From assembly GCA_903824595.1 (NCBI GenBank), contig CAIJXH010000014.1:12005-76004 (forward strand): DNA of 64,000 nt, in the 5' to 3' direction. The DNA is from an uncultured bacterium (GTDB lineage Bacteria > Patescibacteriota > Minisyncoccia > Phycocordibacterales > UBA2100). The translations under genes were made by a program, and so were the position numbers. The notes below the pieces were generated by a model. It was not told the origin of the DNA. It saw only the letters and a list, made by a program, of their open reading frames with translations, and ran no database searches. Position 1 is the stretch's first letter, and every line of letters begins with the position of its first letter. This document shows positions 1 through 8,802 of the stretch, one piece after another.

Positions 1-22
1 CCCATGCCGGGGTGGGGATCAG

Positions 23-90
23 GCTACTGCATGCGCTGAGCATGCAGTAGCCCAAAGCGGCACTGTTTTTACAGTGCCGCTTTTCTTTTG
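23..90 (+). terminator. Two tandem hairpins (12-bp stem at 23-51; 11-bp stem at 55-82 followed by a T-run). Probably a rho-independent terminator for a gene upstream of the window.
   Basis: GCTACTGCATGC-GCTGA-GCATGCAGTAGC, then AAGCGGCACTG-TTTTTA-CAGTGCCGCTT followed by TTTCTTTTG. Read directly from the sequence. Confidence 0.45.
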
Positions 91-979
91 CTTCGTATAC
101 ATAGGTGCTATTATTTTGTGTATGCGTAATCGTCTTGTGGCTTTGGTTGTTGGACTGATGTGTCTTCCCGCACTCGCGTGCGCTGATTCAGAAGTACACA
201 TTTCGTCGCAAGGAGTTTTTTTGGCAAAACAACTTACCGTGATGCAAATCGCGGGAAAAAATATTTTTGCACGCGGATATTGGGGTAATGCATTTTTACG
301 CATCACGGTGCTCATCAATGCATCGACGACCATTCAGAAAAGTCATGGTGATGCTGGAGTACTCGACGATCTCAAAGAGGGGGATGTTCTAGACGTCTCC
401 GGAGCGCTCTCATCTGGCGCTGATACCGTAACGGTAAACGCAACATCAATTCGTAATGCGTCGGCTGATCATGCGCAAAAACAAGTGGCAGGAACGATAC
501 GTTCAATCGATGTGGCGGCGCGTTCGTTTGATATGAAAGACGCGACACTTGGACCGATCACCGTGGTAATTCCCGTGTCTGTATCGATCGAAAAAGGCGC
601 GCGTGTTATTGATATGGCCGATATGCACATAAACGATGCAGTGATTGGCGCATCAGGCATATTTGACTACAGTACTCATACGCTGACTGCCACAACGCTT
701 GAGTTATATCAAGACAAGGCAGTATTTGCGCCACGCAATTTTGAAGGCACGCTCAAAAGTGTGTCTGGAACAACATTGCCTGTAACTGCAATCATCACGG
801 TGAGTGGAGTTGACTATACCGTATATCTGGCGTCGGATATATCGATCCTTAAAAAGAACAAAACGAAGACGATGCTTTCTCGATTTGTGGCGGGTGATAC
901 GGTGCGTGTGTGGGGTGCTATTCGTACGACCAATATGTCAGAAATTGACGTGAGCGTCATGCGCGATATGAATTTCTAA
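74..979 (+). CDS. Hypothetical secreted protein with an N-terminal signal peptide. The true start may be the ATG at 122.
   Basis: 301-aa ORF. The hydrophobic N-terminus LVALVVGLMCLPALACA is followed by an Ala/Thr/Val-rich region. No recognisable catalytic motif. Confidence 0.55.
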   Translation: MPLFFCFVYIGAIILCMRNRLVALVVGLMCLPALACADSEVHISSQGVFLAKQLTVMQIAGKNIFARGYWGNAFLRITVLINASTTIQKSHGDAGVLDDLKEGDVLDVSGALSSGADTVTVNATSIRNASADHAQKQVAGTIRSIDVAARSFDMKDATLGPITVVIPVSVSIEKGARVIDMADMHINDAVIGASGIFDYSTHTLTATTLELYQDKAVFAPRNFEGTLKSVSGTTLPVTAIITVSGVDYTVYLASDISILKKNKTKTMLSRFVAGDTVRVWGAIRTTNMSEIDVSVMRDMNF

Positions 980-3396
980 TGCGTATGATGAAAGAAAAAG
1001 TATTGAAATTTGGGGGGACGTCGATGGGATCGGCAGAGGCGATTGAACAGGTCATGACGGCAGTCGCGGAAGCAGCGAAAGATGCGCATGTCGTGGCGGT
1101 TGTGGTGTCGGCAATGAGCGGCACGACGGATGCGCTTATTCGAATAGCACATACCGCCGCCGCGAAAGATGAATCATATATCACACTCTTGCGCGAGATT
1201 GAACAGCGACACCTGCGTACCATTGAATCCTTGGTTGCGCATGGAGCCAACCGCGCTTCGCTGGATGCTGACATGCGAGCCTTATGTGAATCGCTCAAAG
1301 ACGTCGTCATGGGAGTATTTTTGATTGGTGAGATTTCTCCGGGCACGCTTGACCAAATCATGAGTTATGGCGAGCGGCTTTCAGCCAGCATGCTTGCAGG
1401 GGCATGTGTGTCGCGTGGAGTGCCTGCAGAATATCTTGATGCTCGGGCGGTGATACGTACCAACACAGAATACGGATCTGCGATTGTTGATTTTGCAACC
1501 ACCGATATGTTGACGCGTGATTATTTCAAGATGCACCCCACTTTGCAGGTGGTAACTGGTTTTATTGGCGCAACTGCCGATGGCAAAACGACGACTCTTG
1601 GTCGAGGCGGAAGTGATTATACGGCAGCAATTATCGGGGCTGCTCTTGATGTGTCGATGATTGAGATTTGGACCGATGTGTCTGGTGTATATACCGCCAA
1701 TCCTCGCACGGTACTTGATGCGTTTCCTCTTTCTGCAATGACATATCTAGAAGCAGTGGAGCTCTCCTATTTTGGCGCAAAAGTGATTTATCCGCCAACC
1801 ATGTATCCAGCAATGAGACGCGGCATACCGATTCGTATCAAAAATACATTTGCACCTACCGACCCCGGCACCGTAATCAGCAACGTCCCTGGTTCGGATG
1901 ACGCGTTCGCTCGCGGCATATCGTCACTGAGCAACGTTGTGGTCATGCAGGTAACGGGAAGCGGCATGCAAAGTATTCACGGAGCCGCGGGTCGTCTTTT
2001 TGGGGTTATGGGTCGTATGCATATCAATCCAATTCTTATCGCACAAGCATCGTCTGAGAATGCAATATCATTTGTTGTGATGCCTGCCGATGTTGAGAAA
2101 GCTCACGCGGCTATCGAAGAAGAATTCATGTTTGAAAGACAGCGAGGGCTTATTGACCCGATTGTTTTGCTACACGACCTCTCGGTTATAGCTGTGGTGG
2201 GGGAGCACATGCGACATCGTACCGGTGTGGCAGGGAAGCTATTCCAAACTCTTGGAAAAAGCAATGTCAATGTGGTCGCGATTGCACAAGGGTCTTCTGA
2301 ACTCAATATATCGGTCGTCGTTGCATCGTCGGACGAGGCGCGTGCGCTTCGTGCCATTCATACGGCGATATTCTTTCCCGATGTAAAGCCCGTACATATT
2401 TTCTTGGTAGGAACGGGGCTCGTTGGCTCGGAATTGTTGCAGCAAATAATCCAACAAAGTGAATTGCTGGCCAATGAGCACGGATTCTTTATACGTATAG
2501 TCGGTATCGCCAATGCAGACACTATGGTATTTGATGAACAGGGCGCATCGATCAATACATGGCAAACTGGCGCCGAATCACGGGAAGTGATGAACATTGA
2601 CACGTTTATTGAACGTATGCGCAACGCCGATATACCGGCAAAAATATTTGTTGACTGTACTCCTTCGGATGAAATTGCAGCGCATTATGCCGACATTCTC
2701 GCGTGCGGTATCTCGATTGTCACTCCGAACAAACGCGCAAACGCAGGTTCGCTCGAGTACTATCATCGACTCGGGGAGTTGGCACGTCGTCCTGGTATTT
2801 CATTTTTATACGAAACGAGCGCGTGTGCAGCATTGCCGATCATTAGTATGCTCGATGATCTATCACTCAGCGGGGATCACTTTTTGAAAATAGAGGGAGT
2901 ACTTTCTGGCGCGTTGAGTTTTGTGCTAAATTCATTTGACGGCTCGCGCCCGTTTAGCGATGTGGTGTGCGATGCAAAAAAGCTTGGGTACATAGAGCAC
3001 GACCCGTTTGAGGAATTGAGCGGAACCGACGTGGCGCGAAAAATACTTATCTTGGCGAGAAAATGCGGATGGAAACTTGATCTGGCAGATGTGCACGTAG
3101 AGGGATTGTTAGAATCGGATGAAGTATACGAACAACGGCGGAGTGAAGCAGCTGCACGCGGAGAACGACTGCGCTACGTGGCGACACTCGAACAAGGTGC
3201 CGCGACTGTCGCATTGCGAAGTGTCCCGCCCGCGCACCCTTTTTATAATCTTTCAGGAAGTGATAACATTGTTGCTATTACTACATCTCGATATTCTACG
3301 ACACCACTCGTTATCAAAGGTCCTGGCGCGGGAGCATCTGTCACCGCCGCGGGTGTCTTTGCCGATATCCTTCGCGCTGCACGGGACATGGCGTGA
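979..3396 (+). CDS. thrA: Bifunctional aspartokinase / homoserine dehydrogenase
   Basis: 805 aa. The N-terminal amino-acid kinase motif KFGGTSMGSAE and the ACT region precede a C-terminal homoserine dehydrogenase domain (the NAD-binding FLVGTGLVG and the catalytic region). Its start overlaps the upstream stop (TAATG). Confidence 0.9.
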   Translation: MRMMKEKVLKFGGTSMGSAEAIEQVMTAVAEAAKDAHVVAVVVSAMSGTTDALIRIAHTAAAKDESYITLLREIEQRHLRTIESLVAHGANRASLDADMRALCESLKDVVMGVFLIGEISPGTLDQIMSYGERLSASMLAGACVSRGVPAEYLDARAVIRTNTEYGSAIVDFATTDMLTRDYFKMHPTLQVVTGFIGATADGKTTTLGRGGSDYTAAIIGAALDVSMIEIWTDVSGVYTANPRTVLDAFPLSAMTYLEAVELSYFGAKVIYPPTMYPAMRRGIPIRIKNTFAPTDPGTVISNVPGSDDAFARGISSLSNVVVMQVTGSGMQSIHGAAGRLFGVMGRMHINPILIAQASSENAISFVVMPADVEKAHAAIEEEFMFERQRGLIDPIVLLHDLSVIAVVGEHMRHRTGVAGKLFQTLGKSNVNVVAIAQGSSELNISVVVASSDEARALRAIHTAIFFPDVKPVHIFLVGTGLVGSELLQQIIQQSELLANEHGFFIRIVGIANADTMVFDEQGASINTWQTGAESREVMNIDTFIERMRNADIPAKIFVDCTPSDEIAAHYADILACGISIVTPNKRANAGSLEYYHRLGELARRPGISFLYETSACAALPIISMLDDLSLSGDHFLKIEGVLSGALSFVLNSFDGSRPFSDVVCDAKKLGYIEHDPFEELSGTDVARKILILARKCGWKLDLADVHVEGLLESDEVYEQRRSEAAARGERLRYVATLEQGAATVALRSVPPAHPFYNLSGSDNIVAITTSRYSTTPLVIKGPGAGASVTAAGVFADILRAARDMA

Positions 3397-3402
3397 TGTA
3401 CA

Positions 3403-4503
3403 ATGACATCTATGCAAAAAATTCCAGTGGGTATCTTGGGGGCAACGGGGATGGTGGGACAGCAGTATATTCGACTGCTCGCCAACCATCCGTATTTTGA
3501 AGTTACGCATCTTGCCGCATCACCATCGTCGGCGGGCAAGACATATCGCACTGCGCTCAAGAATGGCTGGCTGGTGGAGGGGGAATTGCCTGAGAGTGTT
3601 TCCGAGCTTGTGGTCGCGGACGTGGCGAATGTAGCGTCGGCACAAGGATGCGTACTGGTATTTTCTGCCTTTGAAATGCCTGAAAAAGAGCAGATCAAAT
3701 CGCTCGAAAATGCCTACGCCGCCGCGGGTATCGCCGTATTTTCCAATTCTTCCGCGCACCGTTCCACGCCCGATGTGCCGATGATTGTTGCCGAAATAAA
3801 TCCGCAGCATCTCGACATCATTCCTTCGCAGCAGAAAAGAAACGGGTGGGATACGGGGTTTGTCGTCGTGAAGCCGAATTGCAGTTTGCAGAGTTATCTC
3901 ACGCCTATGTATGCGCTCATGCAAGCGGGCTATGAAATCCCGAAAATTATGGTAACGACAATGCAGGCGGTGTCGGGTGCGGGGTATCCGGGTGTGCCGA
4001 GCTTGGACATGATAGACAATGTCGTACCCTTCATTGGTGGTGAAGAAGAAAAAACCGAGCGCGAGCCGCTCAAGATTTTTGGTGAGGCGAAAGAGGGAGT
4101 GTTTGTACCATTTGCGGGATTGAAAATTTCCGCGCATTGCAATCGTGTGCCTGTAAGCGATGGGCACACCGCGTGCGTGAGTTTCGCCTTCGGTGAGAAG
4201 AAAGCCAACCTCGATACCATCAAAAAAATCTGGAGAGATTTTAGAGGAGTACCACAAGAACTCGATTTACCGTTCGCGCCCATGCAGCCAATCATTTACC
4301 ACGAAGAGCAGAATCGCCCGCAACCAAAACACGATCGCGATGCAGATAAGGCGATGGCGGTGTCGGTGGGTCGACTTCGTCCCGATTCTATATTCGATTT
4401 CAAATTCGTCGCACTCTCGCACAACACGGTGCGCGGTGCTGCCGGCGGAGGAATTCTCAACGCGGAACTTGCATACCGTAAAGGATTGTTGACGCTAACG
4501 TAG
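3403..4503 (+). CDS. asd: Aspartate-semialdehyde dehydrogenase
   Basis: 366 aa. The N-terminus has GILGATGMVGQ (Rossmann fold), there is an active-site Cys region (KPNCSLQ), and the architecture is typical of the archaeal/Gram-positive type Asd. It follows thrA as in the aspartate pathway. Confidence 0.9.
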   Translation: MTSMQKIPVGILGATGMVGQQYIRLLANHPYFEVTHLAASPSSAGKTYRTALKNGWLVEGELPESVSELVVADVANVASAQGCVLVFSAFEMPEKEQIKSLENAYAAAGIAVFSNSSAHRSTPDVPMIVAEINPQHLDIIPSQQKRNGWDTGFVVVKPNCSLQSYLTPMYALMQAGYEIPKIMVTTMQAVSGAGYPGVPSLDMIDNVVPFIGGEEEKTEREPLKIFGEAKEGVFVPFAGLKISAHCNRVPVSDGHTACVSFAFGEKKANLDTIKKIWRDFRGVPQELDLPFAPMQPIIYHEEQNRPQPKHDRDADKAMAVSVGRLRPDSIFDFKFVALSHNTVRGAAGGGILNAELAYRKGLLTLT

Positions 4504-4507
4504 CGCG

Positions 4508-4541
4508 TTTCCTTATTTTCTACGGCCGTTCAAGATAAGGA
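4508..4541. repeat. Copy A of the 34-bp palindromic repeat family, a degenerate copy in the asd-gdhA intergenic space
   Basis: TTTCCTTATTTTC-TACGGCCGT-TCAAGATAAGGA. The arms CCTTAT / ATAAGG and the core ACGGCCGT are conserved with copies B-E. Confidence 0.5.
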
Positions 4542-4592
4542 CATGAGCATGTCGTGCGTGTATACTTTTTGCGTTTCTGTTACAATGCTTTC

Positions 4593-5864
4593 ATGCAACA
4601 TAATCCTTGGGAACGAGCTAAAAACCAATTACACAACGCCGCAGAACACATCTCTCTCGACCCACTTTTTCTTGCGAAGCTCGGCGCGCCCGATCGCACG
4701 GTGGGCGTGTCTGTCCCGATGCGGATGGACGATGGAAGCGTGAGGGTGTTTGAGGGGTTTCGCGTGCAGCACAACAACCTCCGCGGTCCGTACAAGGGCG
4801 GACTCCGCTATCATCCAAAGGTAGACATGGACGAAGTGCGAGCCCTTGCTTTTTGGATGACGATGAAAAATGCGGTTGTCGACGTGCCGTTTGGGGGCGG
4901 CAAGGGTGGCGTTGCCGTCGATCCAAAGAAACTTTCGGCGAGCGAGCTGGAGCGGCTCACGCGCGAGTTTGCACGCAAACTCGCGCCCGTGATCGGTCCC
5001 TCGCTCGACGTACCCGCGCCAGATGTCAACACCAACGGCACCATCATGCACTGGATACGCGAGGAATACGCCCGCGTCTCGGGAGCGGACGCGCAGGCAG
5101 TGATCACCGGCAAAGCTATCAAAGACGGCGGCTCCGAAGGCCGCACCGAAGCGACCGGTCTCGGCGGCAGCTATGCGCTCGCCGAGTACCTGCGTCTCAC
5201 GGGTCAACATCCACAAGGCATGACCGTGGCGATTCAAGGTTTTGGCAACGTAGGCAGCTACCTCGCCGGTTATTTGCAGGAGCTCGGCTTCACAATCGTC
5301 GCGCTTTCCGATTCCAAGGGCGGCATCTACATCCCGGGTGGTATTCGCGATTTGAAAGCCGTCGCCGCGTGCAAAGAGCGGAGCGGGAAAATCGCCGGAT
5401 GCTACTGCGTGGGAAGCGTCTGTGACGTGACCAACATGGAGCAGCTCGGCGGTCGCGACATTTCTCCCGACGAAGCTCTCACGCTGCCGGTCGACGTCGT
5501 CGTGCCGTCGGCGCTCGAGAACGCAATCACCTCCGACAATGTTGCCGATGTGAAAGCGCGAATCGTGCTCGAAATGGCAAACGGTCCCACCACCATCGAA
5601 GCCGATCGTGTACTTGCCGAGCGCGGCGTCGTTGTCATTCCCGACATTCTCGCCAATGCGGGCGGTGTCGCGGTGTCGTATTTCGAGTGGTACCAAAACA
5701 TGCACGGCGAGACGTGGACAAAGCCCGACGTCTTCGCGAAGCTCAAAGAAAAAATGGATGCGGCGACAGGCGCGGTGTATCAGGCGTCGCTCCAGCACCA
5801 AGTGTCGCTTCGCGATGCCGCCTACATCACCGCACTACAACGCCTCGCATCGTCCGCTGCGTAG
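4593..5864 (+). CDS. gdhA: NAD(P)-specific glutamate dehydrogenase
   Basis: The motif GGGKGG and the Glu/Leu/Phe/Val dehydrogenase dimerisation and NAD-binding domains (GFGNVGS) are present. The likely start is MQHNPWER inside the longer 4554 ORF. Confidence 0.9.
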   Translation: MQHNPWERAKNQLHNAAEHISLDPLFLAKLGAPDRTVGVSVPMRMDDGSVRVFEGFRVQHNNLRGPYKGGLRYHPKVDMDEVRALAFWMTMKNAVVDVPFGGGKGGVAVDPKKLSASELERLTREFARKLAPVIGPSLDVPAPDVNTNGTIMHWIREEYARVSGADAQAVITGKAIKDGGSEGRTEATGLGGSYALAEYLRLTGQHPQGMTVAIQGFGNVGSYLAGYLQELGFTIVALSDSKGGIYIPGGIRDLKAVAACKERSGKIAGCYCVGSVCDVTNMEQLGGRDISPDEALTLPVDVVVPSALENAITSDNVADVKARIVLEMANGPTTIEADRVLAERGVVVIPDILANAGGVAVSYFEWYQNMHGETWTKPDVFAKLKEKMDAATGAVYQASLQHQVSLRDAAYITALQRLASSAA

Positions 5865-5884
5865 ACACCGTTTTGTGGTGGATT

Positions 5885-5913
5885 TTGACAAGTATCGTGG
5901 ATAGTCGTATAAT
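5885..5913 (+). promoter_or_regulatory. Consensus sigma70-type promoter (TTGACA-17 bp-TATAAT)
   Basis: TTGACA at 5885-5890 and TATAAT at 5908-5913 with an exact 17-bp spacer. GGGGAGG lies 5 nt before the ATG at 5949. Confidence 0.6.
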
Positions 5914-5948
5914 TGCATGCAGTAAAAAGCGCAGCAGGGGAGGTTCTC

Positions 5949-6548
5949 ATGCGCAGTATTCTGGTTGCTTTTTTCGTTCTGTGCGCGCTGCCTATGGCGG
6001 CGCGGGCGGAGGTCGCGCCCGCGCTGTTCACGGCGGCGGAGCTCGGCTTTTTGCGAGCCGAGCTCGGCAAGATTGCCGATGAGACTCGGCTTGGTTCATC
6101 CACCCCGCGATGGGTGGATAATCAAATCCGAGCGCTCCAGGCAGAGCGCCTCGGACGCCTCGACGAGGCGAAGGTATGGGAATCCTTCGCCGATGCATTC
6201 TCCGCCTTTGCGGTGGCGAAGGTGGAGTGCGATCCGCTTCGCGCGGAGCTCGCGCGCGGTACGCCGGGCGCGCCGATACCGACCGAGCTGGTCGGCCGGA
6301 TGCGCGTATGCGCGTGGCTCGTTGGCGAATTCGCCAACGCGGCGATGAACGCTCACCTCGCGGCGGTGAGATGGGGTGTCGGCTCGGCGGCACGGGATCT
6401 GCCGCTGTGCGGTCTCGCACTCCCGTGCTGGAGGCGTGTGACTGCTCGCCTCGAGGCGGTCGTGCGCGGAGCTGCGGTGATGCTCTCCGCCGCCGAGGTG
6501 TTTTCCGCGGCGGTGACCGTCACAGCGATCGGTAGGGCAACCTACTGA
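5949..6548 (+). CDS. Hypothetical secreted Ala/Arg-rich protein encoded in a local GC-rich patch
   Basis: About 200 aa. It has the signal peptide MRSILVAFFVLCALPMAARA and no known motif. It is much more GC-rich than its neighbours. Confidence 0.55.
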   Translation: MRSILVAFFVLCALPMAARAEVAPALFTAAELGFLRAELGKIADETRLGSSTPRWVDNQIRALQAERLGRLDEAKVWESFADAFSAFAVAKVECDPLRAELARGTPGAPIPTELVGRMRVCAWLVGEFANAAMNAHLAAVRWGVGSAARDLPLCGLALPCWRRVTARLEAVVRGAAVMLSAAEVFSAAVTVTAIGRATY

Positions 6549-6554
6549 TCGCCA

Positions 6555-6650
6555 TCGGGAAAGCATCAACGCCGCAGCTTTCCCGAGAATGATCTTTTGT
6601 TTTATTTTTGCGACCGCCTTGCTGCAAGCTTGGCGGTCGTTACTTTTTTG
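6555..6650 (+). terminator. Two consecutive rho-independent terminator hairpins
   Basis: CGGGAAAGC-N12-GCTTTCCCG followed by T-rich sequence, then GACCGCC-TTGCTGCAAGCTT-GGCGGTC followed by TTACTTTTTT. Confidence 0.6.
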
Positions 6651-6684
6651 CCTATTTCTTTTTCTTTACGTTGCGTCGTGTTCA
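6586..6684 (+). repeat. Copy 1 of an intergenic repeat module of about 90 nt. It runs GAATGATC, then the GACCGCC/GGCGGTC hairpin, a T-run, CCTATTTCTTT, and CGTGTTCAC.
   Basis: Near-identical to the reverse complement of 62869-62951. The 27-nt hairpin GACCGCCTTGCTGCAAGCTTGGCGGTC is identical in both copies. Confidence 0.6.
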
Positions 6685-6780
6685 CGCTCGCGCCATTTTC
6701 ACACCAACGTCCACTCCTACCATCACTCCCACTTTCCATGCACTCCTCACTCGAATCCCCATAGTTCTCTCTGTCAACAA

Positions 6781-6813
6781 TTCCTTATTTCCCACGGTCG
6801 TATAAAATAAGGA
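6781..6813. repeat. Copy B of the 34-bp palindromic repeat. It lies immediately 5' of the regulator gene, with an ATG two nt after its AAGGA.
   Basis: TTCCTTATTTCCC-ACGGTCGT-ATAAAATAAGGA. Confidence 0.7.
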
Positions 6814-6814
6814 C

Positions 6815-7393
6815 ATGGGGAAGATTGAGCGGGAAGTACAAAAGCGGGCGAGGAAGCAGAACATACAGCACGCAGTGCTCTCTGTGATCGGTGTTGCCGG
6901 TATTCTCGCGGTGATGATGGTGGCGCCCAACACACTCCAGCTCCTCAAGTACACGCCGCTGGGTCGCAGAAAGGCGGCGTATCGCGTGAACGATTCTCTC
7001 GACCGCCTCATTCGCGGAGGATACGTGACGTTTGAAACACGGAATGGAAAGAAATTCTTGCGCCTTACACCGAAAGGAGAAACGAAACTCGCGCACGCAA
7101 CCGCGGGAGACATGCGGATGGTACCACCGAGACGATGGGACAAACGCTGGCGCATCGTGATCTTCGACATCCCGGAGAGTCGCCGCAAAGCCCGCGATCT
7201 CTTGCGCGACAGATTGATCGCGATCGGATTTGTGCGATTGCAGGCGAGCGTGTGGGTGTATCCGCATGATTGCGAGGATGTGATCATACTCATCAAGACG
7301 AGCTTCGTCATCGGTCGGGAAGTGCTCTATATCGTTGCGGATCACGTCGAGCGAGATTTTGAACTTCGTTCTCGATTTGGTCTTCGTGTGTGA
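6815..7393 (+). CDS. Small PaaX-like transcriptional regulator with an N-terminal winged helix and a PaaX_C / Cas2-like C-terminal domain
   Basis: 192 aa. The C-terminal segment DKRWRIVIFDIPESRRKARDLLRDRLIAIGFVRLQASVWVYP matches the PaaX C-terminal signature (W-R/L-V-V-F-x-I-P-E-x-R-R...GF-x-x-L-Q-x-S-V-W). The N-terminal half is wHTH-like. The gene is flanked by palindrome copies B and C. Confidence 0.6.
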   Translation: MGKIEREVQKRARKQNIQHAVLSVIGVAGILAVMMVAPNTLQLLKYTPLGRRKAAYRVNDSLDRLIRGGYVTFETRNGKKFLRLTPKGETKLAHATAGDMRMVPPRRWDKRWRIVIFDIPESRRKARDLLRDRLIAIGFVRLQASVWVYPHDCEDVIILIKTSFVIGREVLYIVADHVERDFELRSRFGLRV

Positions 7394-7395
7394 AA

Positions 7396-7429
7396 TTCCT
7401 TATTTCCTACGGTCGTGGGAAATAAGGAA
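7396..7429. repeat. Copy C of the 34-bp palindromic repeat, with perfect 12-bp arms
   Basis: TTCCTTATTTCC-TACGGTCGTG-GGAAATAAGGAA, immediately followed by ATG. Confidence 0.75.
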
Positions 7430-7506
7430 TGCGGTGGGTGATTTGGCGAATGATTTGGAAATATTTGGTGCTGGACAATAGCGCACAACGCGAGTACTCT
7501 GCGCGT

Positions 7507-8745
7507 ATGTCATACATACCATCAGACACCATATTACAAAAGTATGCCGATGTGCTCGTCAACTTCGCTCTCGGCGGCGGCAAGGGAATCAAGAAAGGGG
7601 AAGTCGTGCGCTTGTCGGCGTCGGAATCCGCGAAGCCGCTTTTCATTGCGGTGCACAACGCGATAGTGGACGCGGGCGGACACGTGCTCTCGCACTATGC
7701 GCCCGACGAAGAAAAAGGCGACAAGCGCCGCAACGACAGCTACACGCGCTACTTTTACGAACACGCCAAGCCGCATCAGCTCGATTTCTTTCCGTCCAAA
7801 TATCTGAAAGGCGTCGTCGAGGAAATGGATCATTCTGTCTTCCTGCTTGCCGAAAAAGATCCGCACGCGCTATCGGGCGTCGATCCAAAAAAGATCATGG
7901 CGCGCGGCAAAGCACTCAAGCCTTTTATGGACTGGCGGCACGAGAAAGAATGGAAGGGGAAATTCACCTGGACGATCGCGCTCTACGGCACGCCCGCAAT
8001 GGCAAAGGAAGCCGGCTTGAGCGAAAAAGAATACTGGAACCAGATCATCAAAGCGTGCTTCCTCGACGAAGCCGATCCGATCAGGAAATGGAAAGAAGTG
8101 TACAAGGAGATCGACAGCTACCGCCGCAAGCTCAACGCGCTTTCGCCCAAGATTGACCGCTTGCACGCCGTCGGTCCCGACATGGATTTGTGGGTGAAGC
8201 TCGGCGAGAAACGTAACTGGCTCGCTGGAAGCGGACGCAACATTCCATCGTTTGAAATTTTCACCTCGCCCGACTGGCGCGGCACCGAAGGATGGATCAA
8301 ATTCAATCAGCCGCTCTACCGCTACAGCAACAAGATCGAAGGTATCGAGCTCGAATTCAAGAACGGTCGCGCGGTGAAGGCAAAGGCGAAAAAGAACGAG
8401 AAGCTGCTCAAAGAAATGATCGCCACGCCGGGCGCGGATCGCATCGGCGAATACTCGCTCACCGACAGGCGGCATTCGCGCATCACCAAATTCATGGCGG
8501 AGACGCTCTTCGACGAAAACATGGGTGGACCTTTCGGCAACACGCATCTCGCGCTGGGTATGAGCTACCGCGATACGTTCGCCGGCGACGTATCCGCGCT
8601 CACCGATGCCGACGCGGAAGACTTGGGCTTCAACGACTCCTCGGTGCACACCGACATCATCTCCACCACCCGACGCACCGTCACTGCTCATCTGAAAGAC
8701 GGAAAAGAAAAAGTGATTTACAAGGAGGGGGAGTTTGTACTCTGA
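7507..8745 (+). CDS. Aminopeptidase, peptidase family M29 (AmpS/PepS-like)
   Basis: The N-terminus ILQKYADVLVNFALGGGKGIKKGEVV and the overall length of about 410 aa are typical of thermophilic-type M29 aminopeptidases. The ORF is open from 7429, so the start could instead be the ATG embedded in palindrome C. Confidence 0.75.
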   Translation: MSYIPSDTILQKYADVLVNFALGGGKGIKKGEVVRLSASESAKPLFIAVHNAIVDAGGHVLSHYAPDEEKGDKRRNDSYTRYFYEHAKPHQLDFFPSKYLKGVVEEMDHSVFLLAEKDPHALSGVDPKKIMARGKALKPFMDWRHEKEWKGKFTWTIALYGTPAMAKEAGLSEKEYWNQIIKACFLDEADPIRKWKEVYKEIDSYRRKLNALSPKIDRLHAVGPDMDLWVKLGEKRNWLAGSGRNIPSFEIFTSPDWRGTEGWIKFNQPLYRYSNKIEGIELEFKNGRAVKAKAKKNEKLLKEMIATPGADRIGEYSLTDRRHSRITKFMAETLFDENMGGPFGNTHLALGMSYRDTFAGDVSALTDADAEDLGFNDSSVHTDIISTTRRTVTAHLKDGKEKVIYKEGEFVL

Positions 8746-8802
8746 TCGTCTCTTGTTGAAGCATTGGTCTGACCCTACAGAAACGTGTGGTAAAATCATG
8801 GC

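Noticed and set aside
4629-5801. 390-aa ORF on the minus strand antisense to gdhA, with similar long antisense ORFs at 7870-8964, 24051-26174, 38943-39581 and 62922-63917
   Set aside because: They fully overlap confidently identified genes (gdhA, the M29 peptidase, atpA/H/F, the ATP-grasp gene, lysS). They have Arg/His/Pro-rich low-complexity composition typical of antisense frames in GC-rich coding DNA, and they have no motifs.
6815-7393. Possibility that this protein is a CRISPR Cas2
   Set aside because: The C-terminal motif resembles the Cas2/VapD fold. However, the N-terminal wHTH and the exact PaaX_C-type signature fit a PaaX-like regulator better. No CRISPR array or other cas gene is present in the window.
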